In this document: positions 32,682 to 43,853 of the stretch, in pieces | How positions within the stretch are numbered: position 1 is the stretch's first letter | Layout: each line of letters opens with the position of its first letter | Assembly (NCBI GenBank): GCA_965217865.1 | Contig: CBDCJO010000002.1 | Span: forward strand, 3,136,001 to 3,200,000 | DNA: 64,000 bases | DNA from: Candidatus Latescibacterota bacterium | Lineage (GTDB): Bacteria; Latescibacterota; UBA2968; SICM01 | Reading direction: 5' to 3' | Program-made: the position numbers and the translations under genes | The notes under the pieces: generated by a model | Databases searched by the model: none | What the model was told of the DNA's origin: nothing | What the model saw: the letters and a program-made list of their open reading frames with translations, nothing else

Positions 32682-33180
32682 ATGAGAATGAGAAAGTCTG
32701 TCTACGTGATACTGTCGGTTCTGATCGCCGGGATAGCATCGGCGAGGCCCAAGCCGATCGAGATACCGGAAGGTTACGAGCACGACAAGTGGAACACCGC
32801 ACCTGACGATGCTATTCGTAAATTCGGGGCATTCACGAGTTCGTTCGACACCGACGACGACGACACGGGCGATGGCGTAAAGGATCTCTGGGGTATTCCC
32901 CAGTGGGTCGCCTACCACATGAAAGCGTTTCGAGGCTTGCCGAATACTGGGAACCGGCCGGCTTGGTTCACCGACAACGGACTAAAGAACCAGGGTTTCG
33001 CCCCAACGGACGATACCTATAAATACTCGAAGGCTTTTCGAAAAGCCCATCCCAACTGGTACGTCCGCGGCCACCTCTGTATGAAGCTGCACGCTGCAAG
33101 GATCAGCCCCGAGGCCGAATGGAACACCCATACGATGCTGAACGCTGTGCCCCAGCGCCAGGAGTTCAATGCCGGTATCT
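32682..33180 (+). pseudogene. Secreted DNA/RNA non-specific endonuclease, 3'-truncated
   Basis: Signal peptide, PQWVAY, RGHL, NAVPQRQEFNAG. Confidence 0.8.
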
Positions 33181-33296
33181 GCCACCCGGTGGGCTGGAAA
33201 GCCTTTCGAGTCGACCCATCGGTAAATGGAATCCTTGGCTACCCGCAGATGGGCGGCGACCTCTGCGATCGCGACCCAGCCTTCTTCAACAGCCAT
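33180..33296 (-). pseudogene. Excisionase-like HTH DNA-binding protein, N-terminal part
   Basis: MAVEEGWVAIAEVAAHLRVAKDSIYRWVDSKGFPAHRV. Confidence 0.75.
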
Positions 33297-33419
33297 CTTC
33301 GACTGACATCCTCTCTACAGGGAAACGAAGAAACACGATGAAATATATGGCAATCGGCATCCGTAGTCAACCGCACTTCAGACGTAGCGGCAGAGAGCGA
33401 GCGCGTACATCTCCCTGAG

Positions 33420-33670
33420 GTCGATGGACGGAGGCGCATCGAAATCGGAGAGCAGCCGGGCGAGGGCGTCGCGGTCCGCCTCGGCCATGGCCGCGAGGGG
33501 GTCGAGGGTGGCCATCACCGCTCCCGCCTCCGAGTGGTCCAGGTCGACGACAAGGACGGGTATCCGGGCGTCGGGGGACAGCACCGCGCGCTGCCCGGGA
33601 GGATGTCGCCTCCAGTTGCGCGGGTCGGGTCGCAGGTCTCCGGCTCGGACCCGCCGGAGCTTTACTACGC
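33420..33670 (-). pseudogene. Phage ParB-like N-terminal domain fragment
   Basis: LRRVRAGDLRPDPRNWRRHP...IPVLVVDL..ATLDPLAAMA. Confidence 0.55.
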
Positions 33671-33784
33671 GATCACCGCCATGGGCATCGAAGCCGGACA
33701 CTGAAGTTCACGAGTCAGGGCTTTGAAAAAGAATAAGTTGAGGATCTCTCCCATCCACAATTCGCGGGCCACGTGTTCGGTCAG

Positions 33785-34030
33785 CGCGAGTTCAGTCATT
33801 TCCGACAATCCCGAGGCCTCGCACCGAAGCTGGGCATCGGCTTTGAGGCCGGAACCAATCTTTGCAAATACTCCGAATTCCCCGTCCGAAAGGACGGCGG
33901 ATGGATGGGAAGCCATTTCAGCCAGATCTTGAATCTCCTTAACGTACCACTTCCGCCCGAGATGGTCGCTCACACTCCGCTCGATTTGACTTCTGTGACC
34001 AAGCAACTCGCCAACATGTGGATTCTTCAT
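33785..34030 (-). pseudogene. Fructosamine-kinase-like N-terminal fragment
   Basis: ASHPSAVLSDGEFGVFAK...QLRCEASGL. Confidence 0.5.
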
Positions 34031-34324
34031 GGCTATTTTGGGACTATTACAGAGGGATGGCACTTCAGCGTTACTATGGACACTGCGGTCGCGTCGATGA
34101 TTGCTCGTTATCCAATTTCGTATATCGTTCCCGCGGTGCACGAACCTGCGAAGCAGGTTGGAGCGAAGCCCGTCAGGGCTGAGCCGTGCACCGACGTGTT
34201 AAATACTGTTGTGGCCGGGGTGAAGTGTGGTATTGCAAGCCGGGCAAGATCGTACCACCGAGAAGTTATCCCTCTCAAGGTCATGAATCAGCCTGCGGCT
34301 TGTTTGGATTCTCTTGTGAGCGTT

Positions 34325-35404
34325 TCAGCCCTTCGGCAACGTCTCCAGAAGCTGAGTCAGATCTACTAGAAGTCGATCCTGGCACGTACTCCGCCCGCTG
34401 TCTTCTTCCTTGGAAGACTCGATGCCCGCAAGAGCGCAATCGGACCAACGGTTCAACCCAGCAATGATGCTCGCTTGCCATAGCATGCGTGTCTCACCCA
34501 TTAGCGTATCCAAGGGGACAGACTCTCCCCCCGCGCCAAGGTACTGTTGTAGATAATGATCGGCGAGTTCCCTCGTTTTGTGTCCTCTCTTCAGCACTCG
34601 GTTGGGAACCCCCAACCAAGGGGCTACATCAACGAAGCGGGGTCCTAATCCTGTCGTCCTGAGGTCGAAAACCACCATTTCTCCTGTTTCCGGCCTTCGG
34701 CCAATCTGCTCTGGCGTATACTCGTTGTGAGTGTATCCACGTTCCATTGTGGGCACATTCCTGCCCAATGACTCCGCCAAAGACAGAAGCGCATCCCTCC
34801 GGGTCGGCGAACACAGCGTTGCTATGTTCGTACCCAATTGACCGCTGGCGGCGGTGGACCATATCACGTCGATCGCATGCCTCCCCCTAGCTATCATACG
34901 ATCCCACGCAAAGTAGTAGAGCCCATTACCATATTCGCCTTCGGGCCGGAGGGCGTTCATACGGGCGGCAAGTTCTAAGAATGCGCTGAGGCTGTCTGGG
35001 GTGTCCAGCAGTCGGCTACCCTGGATATTCGGCTGCACATCCTCCAGAAAGAGCACCTCCATTTGCTGGTCGTCCAGCAGCGATCCGTACATAGTGGGCA
35101 CTGGTAGCTGATTTCTGTTTAAGTATTCGTAGTGTGGTGTTTCCTTAAACCCCCCGTGGCCTGACTGGCGTTTAACGAATAAGGTGACATCTCCATTGAG
35201 CTGGTCAACTGACTTGAATGACAGGGAGATAGTACACTTCTCACCACAACATCCATACTCTGGCCAGTCCCGAGACAAGACGTCTGGTCTGACAGAAGAG
35301 ACGGGGCCACCCGAAGCATTCTCAGCTACGTCCTGTAGTACAGAGTCTCGCAGACCCAAGACATAGTGACCAAGTTCAACGGAACCTGGGTTGTCATCAG
35401 CCAT
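34325..35404 (-). CDS. Phosphotransferase (APH/choline kinase-like)
   Basis: LFVKR, LPVPTMYG, LFLEDV, THNEY, VVFDL, GPRFVDV. Confidence 0.75.
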   Translation of the reverse strand: MADDNPGSVELGHYVLGLRDSVLQDVAENASGGPVSSVRPDVLSRDWPEYGCCGEKCTISLSFKSVDQLNGDVTLFVKRQSGHGGFKETPHYEYLNRNQLPVPTMYGSLLDDQQMEVLFLEDVQPNIQGSRLLDTPDSLSAFLELAARMNALRPEGEYGNGLYYFAWDRMIARGRHAIDVIWSTAASGQLGTNIATLCSPTRRDALLSLAESLGRNVPTMERGYTHNEYTPEQIGRRPETGEMVVFDLRTTGLGPRFVDVAPWLGVPNRVLKRGHKTRELADHYLQQYLGAGGESVPLDTLMGETRMLWQASIIAGLNRWSDCALAGIESSKEEDSGRSTCQDRLLVDLTQLLETLPKG

Positions 35405-35551
35405 ATGAGGCCACCGTGGCTAACCTACTTGGGGGGTTCTCTCAAGGGTAATCTAAGGGGTTGGGGGCCACAGTTTCATTTAACTATGGCATCTGCGATA
35501 CCCAGGCACGAGTGTTAATGATCACCCATATGGAGCCGTTCCGGGACCCGG

Positions 35552-36436
35552 TCAACGCTCCCCTGAAACCAATATCACGCTCTGCTTGAACCTTATCTGC
35601 TCACCACCACAATATCTGCGCATTTCCATCAAAATCTCATTGCGGATCTGTTCTTGCTTTTCGGGAGAATAGCCCTCTACGTGACTTTCAACCGAAAGTA
35701 GGCCTCCAATCTCCAGATATTCTCCGAACGTCCCAGTCCAGACTTCAGGAATCACACGAGATTCCGCCTTCACACGCTCGAATCCAATACCTTTCAGAAT
35801 ATACAACAGCGGTTCCGGATCTGCGAACCGGTACAGACCAGGCTTACTGAAATTTCCTCGCGCCACTTCTCCATGCTCTCTTTCATATTTCCCAAGGACT
35901 CGACGGATGCACACCACTCTCTCCTGCTGCTCTTCCGCTCCCCAAGCAAGGAGAAGGACTTTTCCCCCAGGCTTCAACACTCGAAAAGTCTCTTCCATTG
36001 CCTTCTCCACATCAGGGAAGTAAATAGCTCCAAATCGACACGTGATGACATCAAACGCGTGATCAGAGAAGGGCAGGATTTGAGCGTCGGCCTGCAGGAA
36101 ATTCAGACGGTTTAAACCCTTTATACGAGCGTTTTGTTTGGCTTCGCATACCCTCTTTAAGACCAGATCAATCGCTATGACACGGCCCTCCGGACCTATA
36201 TTTTCAGCAAGGGTGATAGCTGGATCACCGGCACCACTTGCGATGTCAAGCACTCGCATTCTCTTTCTGAGCTGGGCAGCTTGCGCAAGGAGTTTGGTAG
36301 CATTATCCCCTCCATCACTTCCCTTTCGAAGATGATGCGTCTTGATCCAATATGAAGTGCTGCTGCGCCACCAGTCCGGACCAGTCATAGCCATTCTTTC
36401 TGAATCTGAAACAGATATACGGTTAAACGATTCCAA
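35552..36436 (-). CDS. Class I SAM-dependent methyltransferase (UbiE-like)
   Basis: VLDIASGAGDP, ADAQILPFSDHAFD, RVLKPGG. Confidence 0.9.
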   Translation of the reverse strand: MESFNRISVSDSERMAMTGPDWWRSSTSYWIKTHHLRKGSDGGDNATKLLAQAAQLRKRMRVLDIASGAGDPAITLAENIGPEGRVIAIDLVLKRVCEAKQNARIKGLNRLNFLQADAQILPFSDHAFDVITCRFGAIYFPDVEKAMEETFRVLKPGGKVLLLAWGAEEQQERVVCIRRVLGKYEREHGEVARGNFSKPGLYRFADPEPLLYILKGIGFERVKAESRVIPEVWTGTFGEYLEIGGLLSVESHVEGYSPEKQEQIRNEILMEMRRYCGGEQIRFKQSVILVSGER

Positions 36437-36456
36437 CCTCGACCAATATCAATACC

Positions 36457-36606
36457 CTACTGGTTCCTCCTCCCCGGTGGAATTCCCACCGTAGAATCTC
36501 GCCGTTTCAAAGATTACGGCTGAGATCACGACCAACCCCCCAATGACTTCTCGGAGTGACGGCACTTCTGAGAGGAAAACAAAAGCAAATACGATCCCGT
36601 ACACGA
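36457..36606 (-). pseudogene. DMT/EamA transporter C-terminal fragment
   Basis: VVYGIVFAFVFLSEVPSLREVIGGLVVISAV. Confidence 0.6.
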
Positions 36607-36789
36607 CGGAACATGTCAACAATTTTGAGACACTGAAAGTTGGAATTCAGTGAAGTTTCCGGCCGTCTCCATAAGAGGTGTCATCGGCAACCGTGGATCC
36701 CCGTGCAGGTATCGGGACCGGGTTCGATTTGGTATCACCTGGCGTAATAACGATTGGATCCTGCTGGGACTTATCCGAGATCCGGGGTG
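36607..36789 (-). mobile_element. Right end of the second IS3-family element (copy 2)
   Basis: Near-identical reverse complement of ~4555-4737. Confidence 0.8.
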
Positions 36790-36849
36790 CCCTCGACCAC
36801 GTCACCGGGGGCGAGATTGTTGTCGTCCTGTGCCATTGTCGATTCCTGC

Positions 36850-37077
36850 TCACTCATCGAAAGCCTCCCGGAGCTTGAGTTCCTTGGCGAGCAGGGCAAC
36901 CGCGGCTGCGGCAGCATCTTCTTCAAGTGCGCCGTCGGGCAATCGAACCGGGCACTCGTAGCCGGCAGACCTGTCTGTACCGAGGGGCCTTACATCCTCC
37001 AGGATGACAGGTACGTCGAAGTGCCCCAGTAGGGATATTCGGTTTCCGACCTGCGCTGAAAGGGGATTCTCACCCAC
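36850..37077 (-). pseudogene. Probable helicase gene collapsed to its N- and C-terminal ends
   Basis: GNRISLLGHFDVPVILEDVRPLG..YEC.VRLPDG joined to a short tail; follows the HTH gene. Confidence 0.4.
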
Positions 37078-37080
37078 TCT

Positions 37081-37251
37081 CTAATCGTCTCTCTCGTCCT
37101 GAGTCGTCTTGCCCGATGGGCTTTTTTCAGGCTCATCTCCGCTGCTGTTTTGCACCCACTCGTCCACCTCCGAGAGCCTGAATCGCAGCAACCGTCCCAC
37201 GCGGTGTGCGGGAAGACCCTTCGAGTCGACCCAGCCTTCTCCAACTGCCAT
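37081..37251 (-). pseudogene. Excisionase-like HTH protein with 60-bp internal deletion
   Basis: MAVGEGWV|DSKGLPAHRVGRLLRFRLSEVDEWV; homologue of 33180-33296. Confidence 0.75.
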
Positions 37252-37573
37252 CTTTGACAGACCTCGCTTCAGGAAGAAACCAAAGAAACTCGACTACAAT
37301 AATATGAAACTCGGGCATTCCTCGTCAATGTATTTCCGGATTTTGGGGTAGAGCGGAAAAGTCGAAGCGGCGAGAAGGACTGAAGTCCTGAGTGGCACCG
37401 ACCCGGCGGTGGCGCTTCAGTTGAGGTCTGGAGAACTCGGTCAGTCCATGGCGCTGCGGAGGGCGGTAGCGACTGGGCGGGCCGTTACTCCGGCCAGCAG
37501 CCGGAGACGATCCGGCGCCGTTTGATGCGCGTGGTCTCGACCGTGTAGACCCAGGCGAGCTCGCGGGCACCGT

Positions 37574-37810
37574 TCACCGCGGGTCCAGCGCAGCCCGGAC
37601 CGGGTCGAAGACCGCCAGGGTCCGGGCCAGGTCGCTTTCATCCACGGCTTCCCGCTCAAGAGCGGGAGCCTCTTCCCGGAGAGCGGTCAGCCGCTGTTCC
37701 CGCGCTTTGGCCACCGTGGCCGCCACGACCTGTTGGTTCATTCCGATGCCGCGGACGTGCTCCACCACTACGGTTTCGATCCGGTGGGCGTTGGGGGACC
37801 TGCCCGGACA
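37574..37810 (-). pseudogene. Large serine recombinase C-terminal fragment
   Basis: IETVVVEHVRGIG...VDESDLARTLAVFDPV. Confidence 0.55.
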
Positions 37811-37907
37811 CGACGACCGGCCTCGTTGCTGGGGGGACCTCACCCATCCGCCTTTTTATACTCGCTCCGAAATTATGGAATCCAACCCCCCCTTGGCCCG
37901 GAATCGC

Positions 37908-37985
37908 TCGCTGAGGCACGGAATCCGGCCCGTGTGCGACTTTAATTCGGAATCCGGGCAACGGGATGCGACCTCCACAAAAAAA
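37908..37985. repeat. Diverged dispersed repeat
   Basis: ATCCGGCCCGTGTGCGACTTT..GAATCCGGG..GCGACCTCCACAAAA shared with ~56146-56220. Confidence 0.7.
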
Positions 37986-38396
37986 GCAACCGTGGCCCGG
38001 CACAGCACCGGGTTTCGTTGATACCCTGGGGGCCACGGAGTCGAACGCGAGGATCGTGGTCGAATTCTGGGCCGACGACCTTCTGTTCTCCCACAAGAAT
38101 GCAGCGGATACCAGCGATGCAGGGATCGCGACCGCCTTCGTTGCGCAAAATTATGCGAATCGTTGGCGAAACCATAGTCGTGAGGGCGACGACGAGAGAC
38201 GTTTCAGGAAACACGGCGGGGAAGGCGGCAAACTCTAACGAAACAGCCACCATCATCGGGATCGTCTCCGGTACCGATACCCTGAAATACAAGGCTGATC
38301 AGCAAAACCCTGCGTTCACCGGCAGTGGGTGGCGTGGTGGTACGGAGCCCGGACGGGAAACCTCCGACGCGGAACTGCTCAAATTCGGGGGAACTG

Positions 38397-38655
38397 GTCC
38401 GGCTCCAGTGAATACATACCGGGGGACGTTCCCAAACGTCGAACCAGGCTGTTAAATAAAGCCGACGGGAAAAACAGAGAATCAGAGAATCCGGAGGAGA
38501 TATCTCTGCTCAGCGGACGCAACCCCACGGTTGTGCTCGAACACCGGGGGAAACGCTTCGAACCAGAGAATCGGCAGAGAGGGGAAGGAGGTGGCACAAG
38601 TGTTTGTGAATACGACAGAAACGACAAGACCCCGAAGGGTTGCCCCACGGAGTCT
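38397..38655. repeat. ~360-bp non-coding element, partial copy 1
   Basis: Homologous to 55533-55800 and 59038-59399. Confidence 0.85.
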
Positions 38656-38659
38656 TGCG

Positions 38660-38975
38660 GCGACGGTATCGATCTTTGCATTCTTCTGAAGGATCTCGGA
38701 CTGGGTGTGGGCACTGGGGCCGTCGAAGTTGTCAAGCCGAGGCCGGAATTCTTAGGGCCTTTGAGACGCATAGCCGCACCTCACCGATCCCGGCGTAGGT
38801 CATGGAGCGGCGTTCTATAGCCGGAAAGAATGACGGTTTCGCCCGTATCGTATCGACCAATAACATCAAGAGCAGAGAATTCGCAATCTGGACGCGCTGG
38901 AACCGTTGGGTTATTTCTGGAAGCCCCTCTACGGATCCGAGCCACCGGGACACAGCACCAGCGCCGAGGGGCAGC
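38660..38975 (-). pseudogene. Dam-type DNA adenine methylase fragments
   Basis: SRWLGSVEGLPEITQRFQRVQI../ALDVIGRYD. Confidence 0.65.
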
Positions 38976-39065
38976 AGTTCCTATCGCCAAGCGATTGACC
39001 CACTACAGTCCCTTTTTTATTAAGAGAAAGCTGCGAACCGCATAAAGAAAGCCAAAAATCGAGCA

Positions 39066-39335
39066 TTAAAGAAGTATGTTAATAGCCCGGTCTTGTTTTT
39101 CTTGGGTTTGAACGTCTGTTAGGATTTCGTCGGGTTTGGGGGGTTCGCCTTCTCGAAGGGCGTCCTCGACATCACTCCACTCGCTGAAAAGAATCTTCGG
39201 GTTACACATCATATAGGGAGCCTGATCCTCTTTCCGGGTGAAGGGGTAGACCAACCAGGTGATCTCGCTGTTAACAAAGGATTCAACTGGCCGGATCGAG
39301 GGAAGGGCATAAAAAAGCTCAGTATCCACAGCCAC
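39066..39335 (-). pseudogene. NotI-like restriction endonuclease C-terminal fragment
   Basis: AVDTELFYALP...SEITWLVYPF. Confidence 0.45.
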
Positions 39336-39337
39336 AA

Positions 39338-39558
39338 ACCCTCCGACCGCACCGATGCGTCGAGAAGCGGCCTCAGCGGGCTTCTACAAGTCTCCCTGGG
39401 GGAATCACCCTTGTATTCAGCTGCTCACGATTGAGGAACTCTTGGGTGGGAAAGGCGTGGACTACCCCCAGGCTGCCGACGTGACTTTCAAGAGAGCGCA
39501 GCGGGTAAGATCTGCGTCGTCGAAGAAGCAGAATCACCTGCCGGTGAAGCCCGATTGA
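39338..39558 (+). pseudogene. DNA methylase/Mrr-like fusion C-terminus
   Basis: PTAPMRREAASAGFY..IQLLTIEELLGGK..DVTFKRA. Confidence 0.7.
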
Positions 39559-39598
39559 AGTCCCCAAAGAACAAAGCGAAAAGTGACACGCTCTGTGG

Positions 39599-40534
39599 GT
39601 GCCTGCCCAGCATGGGAGACTAAAGAGTATGCGTAAGGAGTTCGGGTTCTACCCGCAGCCGCTAGAGATCAAAGCGGGACCAGTCACAGTCAGTTCGCTC
39701 CCGAATATCGAGCGGACCGCTAGCGATATGCTCACCGACGATGGCATTGAAAACAACTGGGTCTACGCGCTACCTCAACAGCATCGTGAGTTTGTGAGCG
39801 GAAAAATCCGGGAACTCCCGTACGCCTCCCGCGTGTTCAGGTTGCCAAAGACGCATTTGATCGAACACGCGGAGGCCACGAGCGGGGATCACCTCGATTT
39901 CCATCTCTGGGCGCTGTCGTTCTTCGTCGGCATGCGGCTGACCGCGACTGAGGCGGGTTTTCTTGACGCTACTCCGCTCAAATCCGGCATGCTTGTCGAC
40001 TTCATCTTGCATGGGTCAAGCCTCACCCATGCAGTTAAGTTGGCCGAGGTCTTCTGGACCACGAACTGCGCTAAGCGCCGGCAGGCGCAACGTTTCGAGG
40101 CAGCAGTACACGCACTGTTCCTCGGCCAGAACCCGCAGAATCTAGGTTTCGAGAGGTTCGTGTACTTCTATATGGCGATTGACGCCTGCTACAAGTTGGC
40201 CCAAGAGTTACGCCAACCATCGAATTATCCCAGCCATGCTCGTCGGATCAAGTGGATGTGCTGTCAGTTCAGCATTAAAACGCCCCCTTGGGTTGATTCC
40301 GTTGCTGCGATTCGGAACGACACATTGCACGAGGCTCTGTTCGTGAGCGAACCGCTTGGTTTTGCAGGGCTCGGAGGCACCCCCACCAATCGGTATCTTA
40401 CGCTTGAGATGCAGGCGCTTGTCTGCCGATTGTTAGTGGCGCTGATTGGCGGAGCCGACACGACCTATATTCGATCTCCTGTGAATACTCGGCAGAGACA
40501 CCGCCTTAATCTGATGAGAGGATCAGATCAGTGA
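39599..40534 (+). CDS. Hypothetical protein with C-terminal HEPN-like motif
   Basis: Intact ORF; FERFVYFYMAIDAC helix and RNDTLH (Rx4H). Confidence 0.6.
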   Translation: MPAQHGRLKSMRKEFGFYPQPLEIKAGPVTVSSLPNIERTASDMLTDDGIENNWVYALPQQHREFVSGKIRELPYASRVFRLPKTHLIEHAEATSGDHLDFHLWALSFFVGMRLTATEAGFLDATPLKSGMLVDFILHGSSLTHAVKLAEVFWTTNCAKRRQAQRFEAAVHALFLGQNPQNLGFERFVYFYMAIDACYKLAQELRQPSNYPSHARRIKWMCCQFSIKTPPWVDSVAAIRNDTLHEALFVSEPLGFAGLGGTPTNRYLTLEMQALVCRLLVALIGGADTTYIRSPVNTRQRHRLNLMRGSDQ

Positions 40535-40643
40535 GGCGGATCTGCCGCCGCCACAGTGGGAAACTGAAGCCATGAGCGAGAAGGAGCGACGGCGGCGAGA
40601 GTACGAGAAGATGCGGAGCGCCTTCGAGTAGAACGACTGGCCC

Positions 40644-40905
40644 GTGCCCAGTCCACAGAAGTTCCACCACTGGACCCTCGCCCGCCAAGTCGACCAGTTG
40701 GTGACGGCCCGCGAAGCGGACCCGGACCTCGGTTTCATGGCGCGGATGATGGCGTTGTGCTCACTGCCCCGCACCAACCCCGGCCGCCGGAACCAGTACG
40801 TCCGGCGCAATGGCCCGTACACGTTGGGGGTGACCGCCGGGGTCAATAATAAGCTCCCCTACGGCAACCTGCCCCGTCTCTTGCTGGCCTGGGTCTGCAC
40901 AGAAA
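40644..40905 (+). pseudogene. Plasmid replication protein RepA, N-terminal fragment
   Basis: DLGFMARMMALCSLPRTNPG..YVRRNG..LPYGNLPRLLLAWVCTE. Confidence 0.75.
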
Positions 40906-41100
40906 CCGACACCACGGCTTTGCTTCCGTCACTTAAGGCGGCCAGCACCACCAGCAGGACTGCCTTTTCCTTCTCCAGCCCCGCCTTTGACGTAGACTCC
41001 ATCTACCCATAAATACACCCCTTCCAGATCATTCAACGCTCGACTCTGCCAGACCTCCCATTCGGCCTGCCACTTCTCTTTCAACCGCGCCGTCGCGGAT

Positions 41101-41548
41101 TGTATCTATTCTGAGATAACAAGAGAAAAGCAGATAAAGGTCCAAGCAAGATTCAGGCAGCCTTTTTGATGGTCTGGGATGTTCTTTGCCGATTGATTTC
41201 TATGCGGCGCTGCCGAGCCTCCTCCTTTCGATCTTGTCGGTGGTGAAGCATCTTTTGATGCTGGCCTTTATGCCTCTGATGAGGCGTGACATACTGTATT
41301 GCCCCGTGATAGCTGTTCATGGTTGTAACTGTGGACGAAGGAAGCGATCAGGCCTTCCAGTTGATGGAATGTGAAGATGTCCTGGAAGCGCAGCCAGTCG
41401 TATTTGAATGTCCGGAAAAAGGCTTCGATCCAGGCGTTGTCCGTGGGTGTTTGATATCGGGCAAACAACTGCGAGATGCCCAGGTCCTTGAAGAACTGGG
41501 CCATCGATTTGGCCTTCATCCGTGGTCCGTGATCTGAGAGGGCTGTCA
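41101..41548 (-). mobile_element. IS3-family element, diverged right-end copy 8
   Basis: IRR plus orfB 3' end with multiple substitutions and a frameshift. Confidence 0.9.
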
Positions 41549-41690
41549 TGCGTGCGGTTGAAGGTGCTTTCTCAACACCTTAACAGTAAGCACATGGCGC
41601 CACAAGAGTTTGAAGAACGGATCGAGGTTCTCTAAAGGAGTCGGCGGCCTTGACTGGCACGTTGTTCGTATGAAATTTTGAGGGTTCAAA

Positions 41691-41948
41691 ATGCCAAGCA
41701 CATGGGATGAAGCGGTCTATAACATAATTGCAGCTCATAGTGGTGTTATTTCCTTACAGGAAATCTACCAAGACATGAAAAATCATCCGCTCGTAACGCC
41801 GTATCATCGGGAGCCATGGCAACCTGGCAAACAACCGCGCTGTGAGTGCTGGATAAGGCGGTCTTTAACAAATCTCACCCAAAGCGGTCAGGTGCGGCGC
41901 GCCGAAAAAGGTCTCTATATAGTGGCGAGGCCCGGCGTCCCTCTTTAG
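41691..41948 (+). CDS. Small winged-helix-like hypothetical protein
   Basis: GAGG RBS; ISLQEIYQ..WIRRSLTNL..VRRAEKGLY. Confidence 0.55.
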   Translation: MPSTWDEAVYNIIAAHSGVISLQEIYQDMKNHPLVTPYHREPWQPGKQPRCECWIRRSLTNLTQSGQVRRAEKGLYIVARPGVPL

Positions 41949-42248
41949 GGAAAGCCGGTGACGCTGAGGCCATAGGTTTCGGCGAGTAAGCGGGAGACGT
42001 TTGGCGCATCCATGCCATACAACCGCATCACGGTGTTGGCAAAAGGGGCGGCGAGCAGACAAGTCGATGCCCACATTCGGACCTGCTCATCGGTCAAGCC
42101 TGGGGGGATCAGGAGAGCTTGGATGTCGCGTTGCGCCGCTTGCTGCTCGTCGAATGAAGCTATCTCGTCTTCTCTGCCGAGGGACCGCATATAACCCCCC
42201 CCTAATGGCGACTTGCTAGTTCCCCTGGGTCCGTTCGCTTAACCCAGT

Positions 42249-42740
42249 TCATCGGTGAAACTCCACTTGATCATCCCCTGAAAAACCAGCAGTTTGGGCG
42301 GTGATGATTTCAATATCATCCAATTTTATGATGATTGTTACCACATCGTGACCCGAAATATTCTTCCATCCATCCATCCATTTTCTAAGTATTCTCTCAG
42401 CTAGGAGGCGGTCGTTCAAAAAACCATAGGCTAGTTCATCGGTAATTTTGAGCACAAGTATGCTTTGGTATGAAAAAGCACTAATTATCCCTTTGCCTCC
42501 AGGAAGAAACTTGTCCTGGAATCTACGGGTATTATCAAAATAAATTTTATGGCGCTCCGATTCACTAGGTTTTTGACTCTGTGACTTGTGAATATAAATT
42601 CCTGCCGCTGTGGCCAACACACCAATGACTAGAAATGACGCCACAAATCGCTGCGTGCGAAACTTTCTGTCGCCATATTCTGCGACTATTGCCAGAACTA
42701 TGGCGATTACGGCCGTAATCGCAAAAAGAAAGGTGCCCAC
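42249..42740 (-). CDS. Hypothetical membrane protein
   Basis: Two N-terminal TM helices; AT-rich ORF with RBS. Confidence 0.55.
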   Translation of the reverse strand: MGTFLFAITAVIAIVLAIVAEYGDRKFRTQRFVASFLVIGVLATAAGIYIHKSQSQKPSESERHKIYFDNTRRFQDKFLPGGKGIISAFSYQSILVLKITDELAYGFLNDRLLAERILRKWMDGWKNISGHDVVTIIIKLDDIEIITAQTAGFSGDDQVEFHR

Positions 42741-43577
42741 GGTTGCCCTCTTAAAGGTAAGGAGGAGTTATGACATTTATTGAATTGCTTGATTCGGAAA
42801 GTGATTTATTGTGGACGTTTGCCTTCCCTTGTTTCATGGGCCTGATTGTTTTCTGCATCTGGATTTTTTTCGGTGCTCCGTGTCGCGAACCAATAGGACA
42901 CGACTGCGGAACTAATGGGCAAAATCGAAAGGAACAAGTCAATAGCCAATCTGGGTTTATTGCACCACAAAAAAGCAGAAGAATTAGACAGGGCCCCATA
43001 ACGAATAGAAAAAACGCAGCGGCATAGGTTACTCAGACTCGGACAATGCTTCGTCTTTCTTTGATGTCCATGCGCGTTCCCTCAGGGCTTGTAAGGTGAA
43101 AATTCCCATCCAGCAACGCTCAGGCGGGAAAGATACTCGTCTTTCATGAAGGACATTATACCAGCCTTGGCGTTGGTTGGGTTGATGTGGCCGCTCAGAA
43201 ACGACGCCAAGGCGAATTTATACAGGACCATTCTCTCTGGTGGCGGGTTTTCCCTCGGAGATCGATTCCGGCCACCATGGCACCCTTCATCGCGGCATGC
43301 CTTTTTTTCCAAGTCATTCCCGTATAAGTGCCCAGGAAAGCGAACCGCACGCCTGCTCGCTGATCTAGACTCAAGGAGGCATCATCTACAGGGGTCTTTT
43401 TCATGGTTAACAAGACACCCAACACCACGCTTGGAAAAGTCATATTCTCGAAAATTTCAGCCTCTATCTCTTTCTGTGTTGGTCGGCTTTCGGACATTGC
43501 GCTTGGTGGAACCAATAGCAGCAAAACAAGAACGAGCCTCGGTGTCATGGTGTATCTCTCCTCGTGAAGGTTAAGCC

Positions 43578-43853
43578 ATGTTGGGTAAAGATGCGAAATG
43601 CTCTTATTGTGACTCACCCGGAGGGGAAAAGACACTAAAAAACCAGGTGTGCATGCCACTTGGTGGACGTGTGCAATGTATTGACTTCTGTTTTCACCAC
43701 ATCGTTGCCGCCTTAAATGCTGGTGGAATCCGGACCGTAGCCAGTTGTTGTGGCCATGAAAAAATGCACGGCCGTATTGACCTGGAAGATGGAAGGGTAT
43801 TTGTGGTTGTGGATAAGACCGGTCAAGTTGTGTGGCAGAAAGGTGAGCAATAA
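43578..43853 (+). CDS. Phage-like Cys-rich hypothetical protein
   Basis: IDFCFHHIVAALNAGGIRTVASCCGH..GRIDLEDGR. Confidence 0.6.
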   Translation: MLGKDAKCSYCDSPGGEKTLKNQVCMPLGGRVQCIDFCFHHIVAALNAGGIRTVASCCGHEKMHGRIDLEDGRVFVVVDKTGQVVWQKGEQ

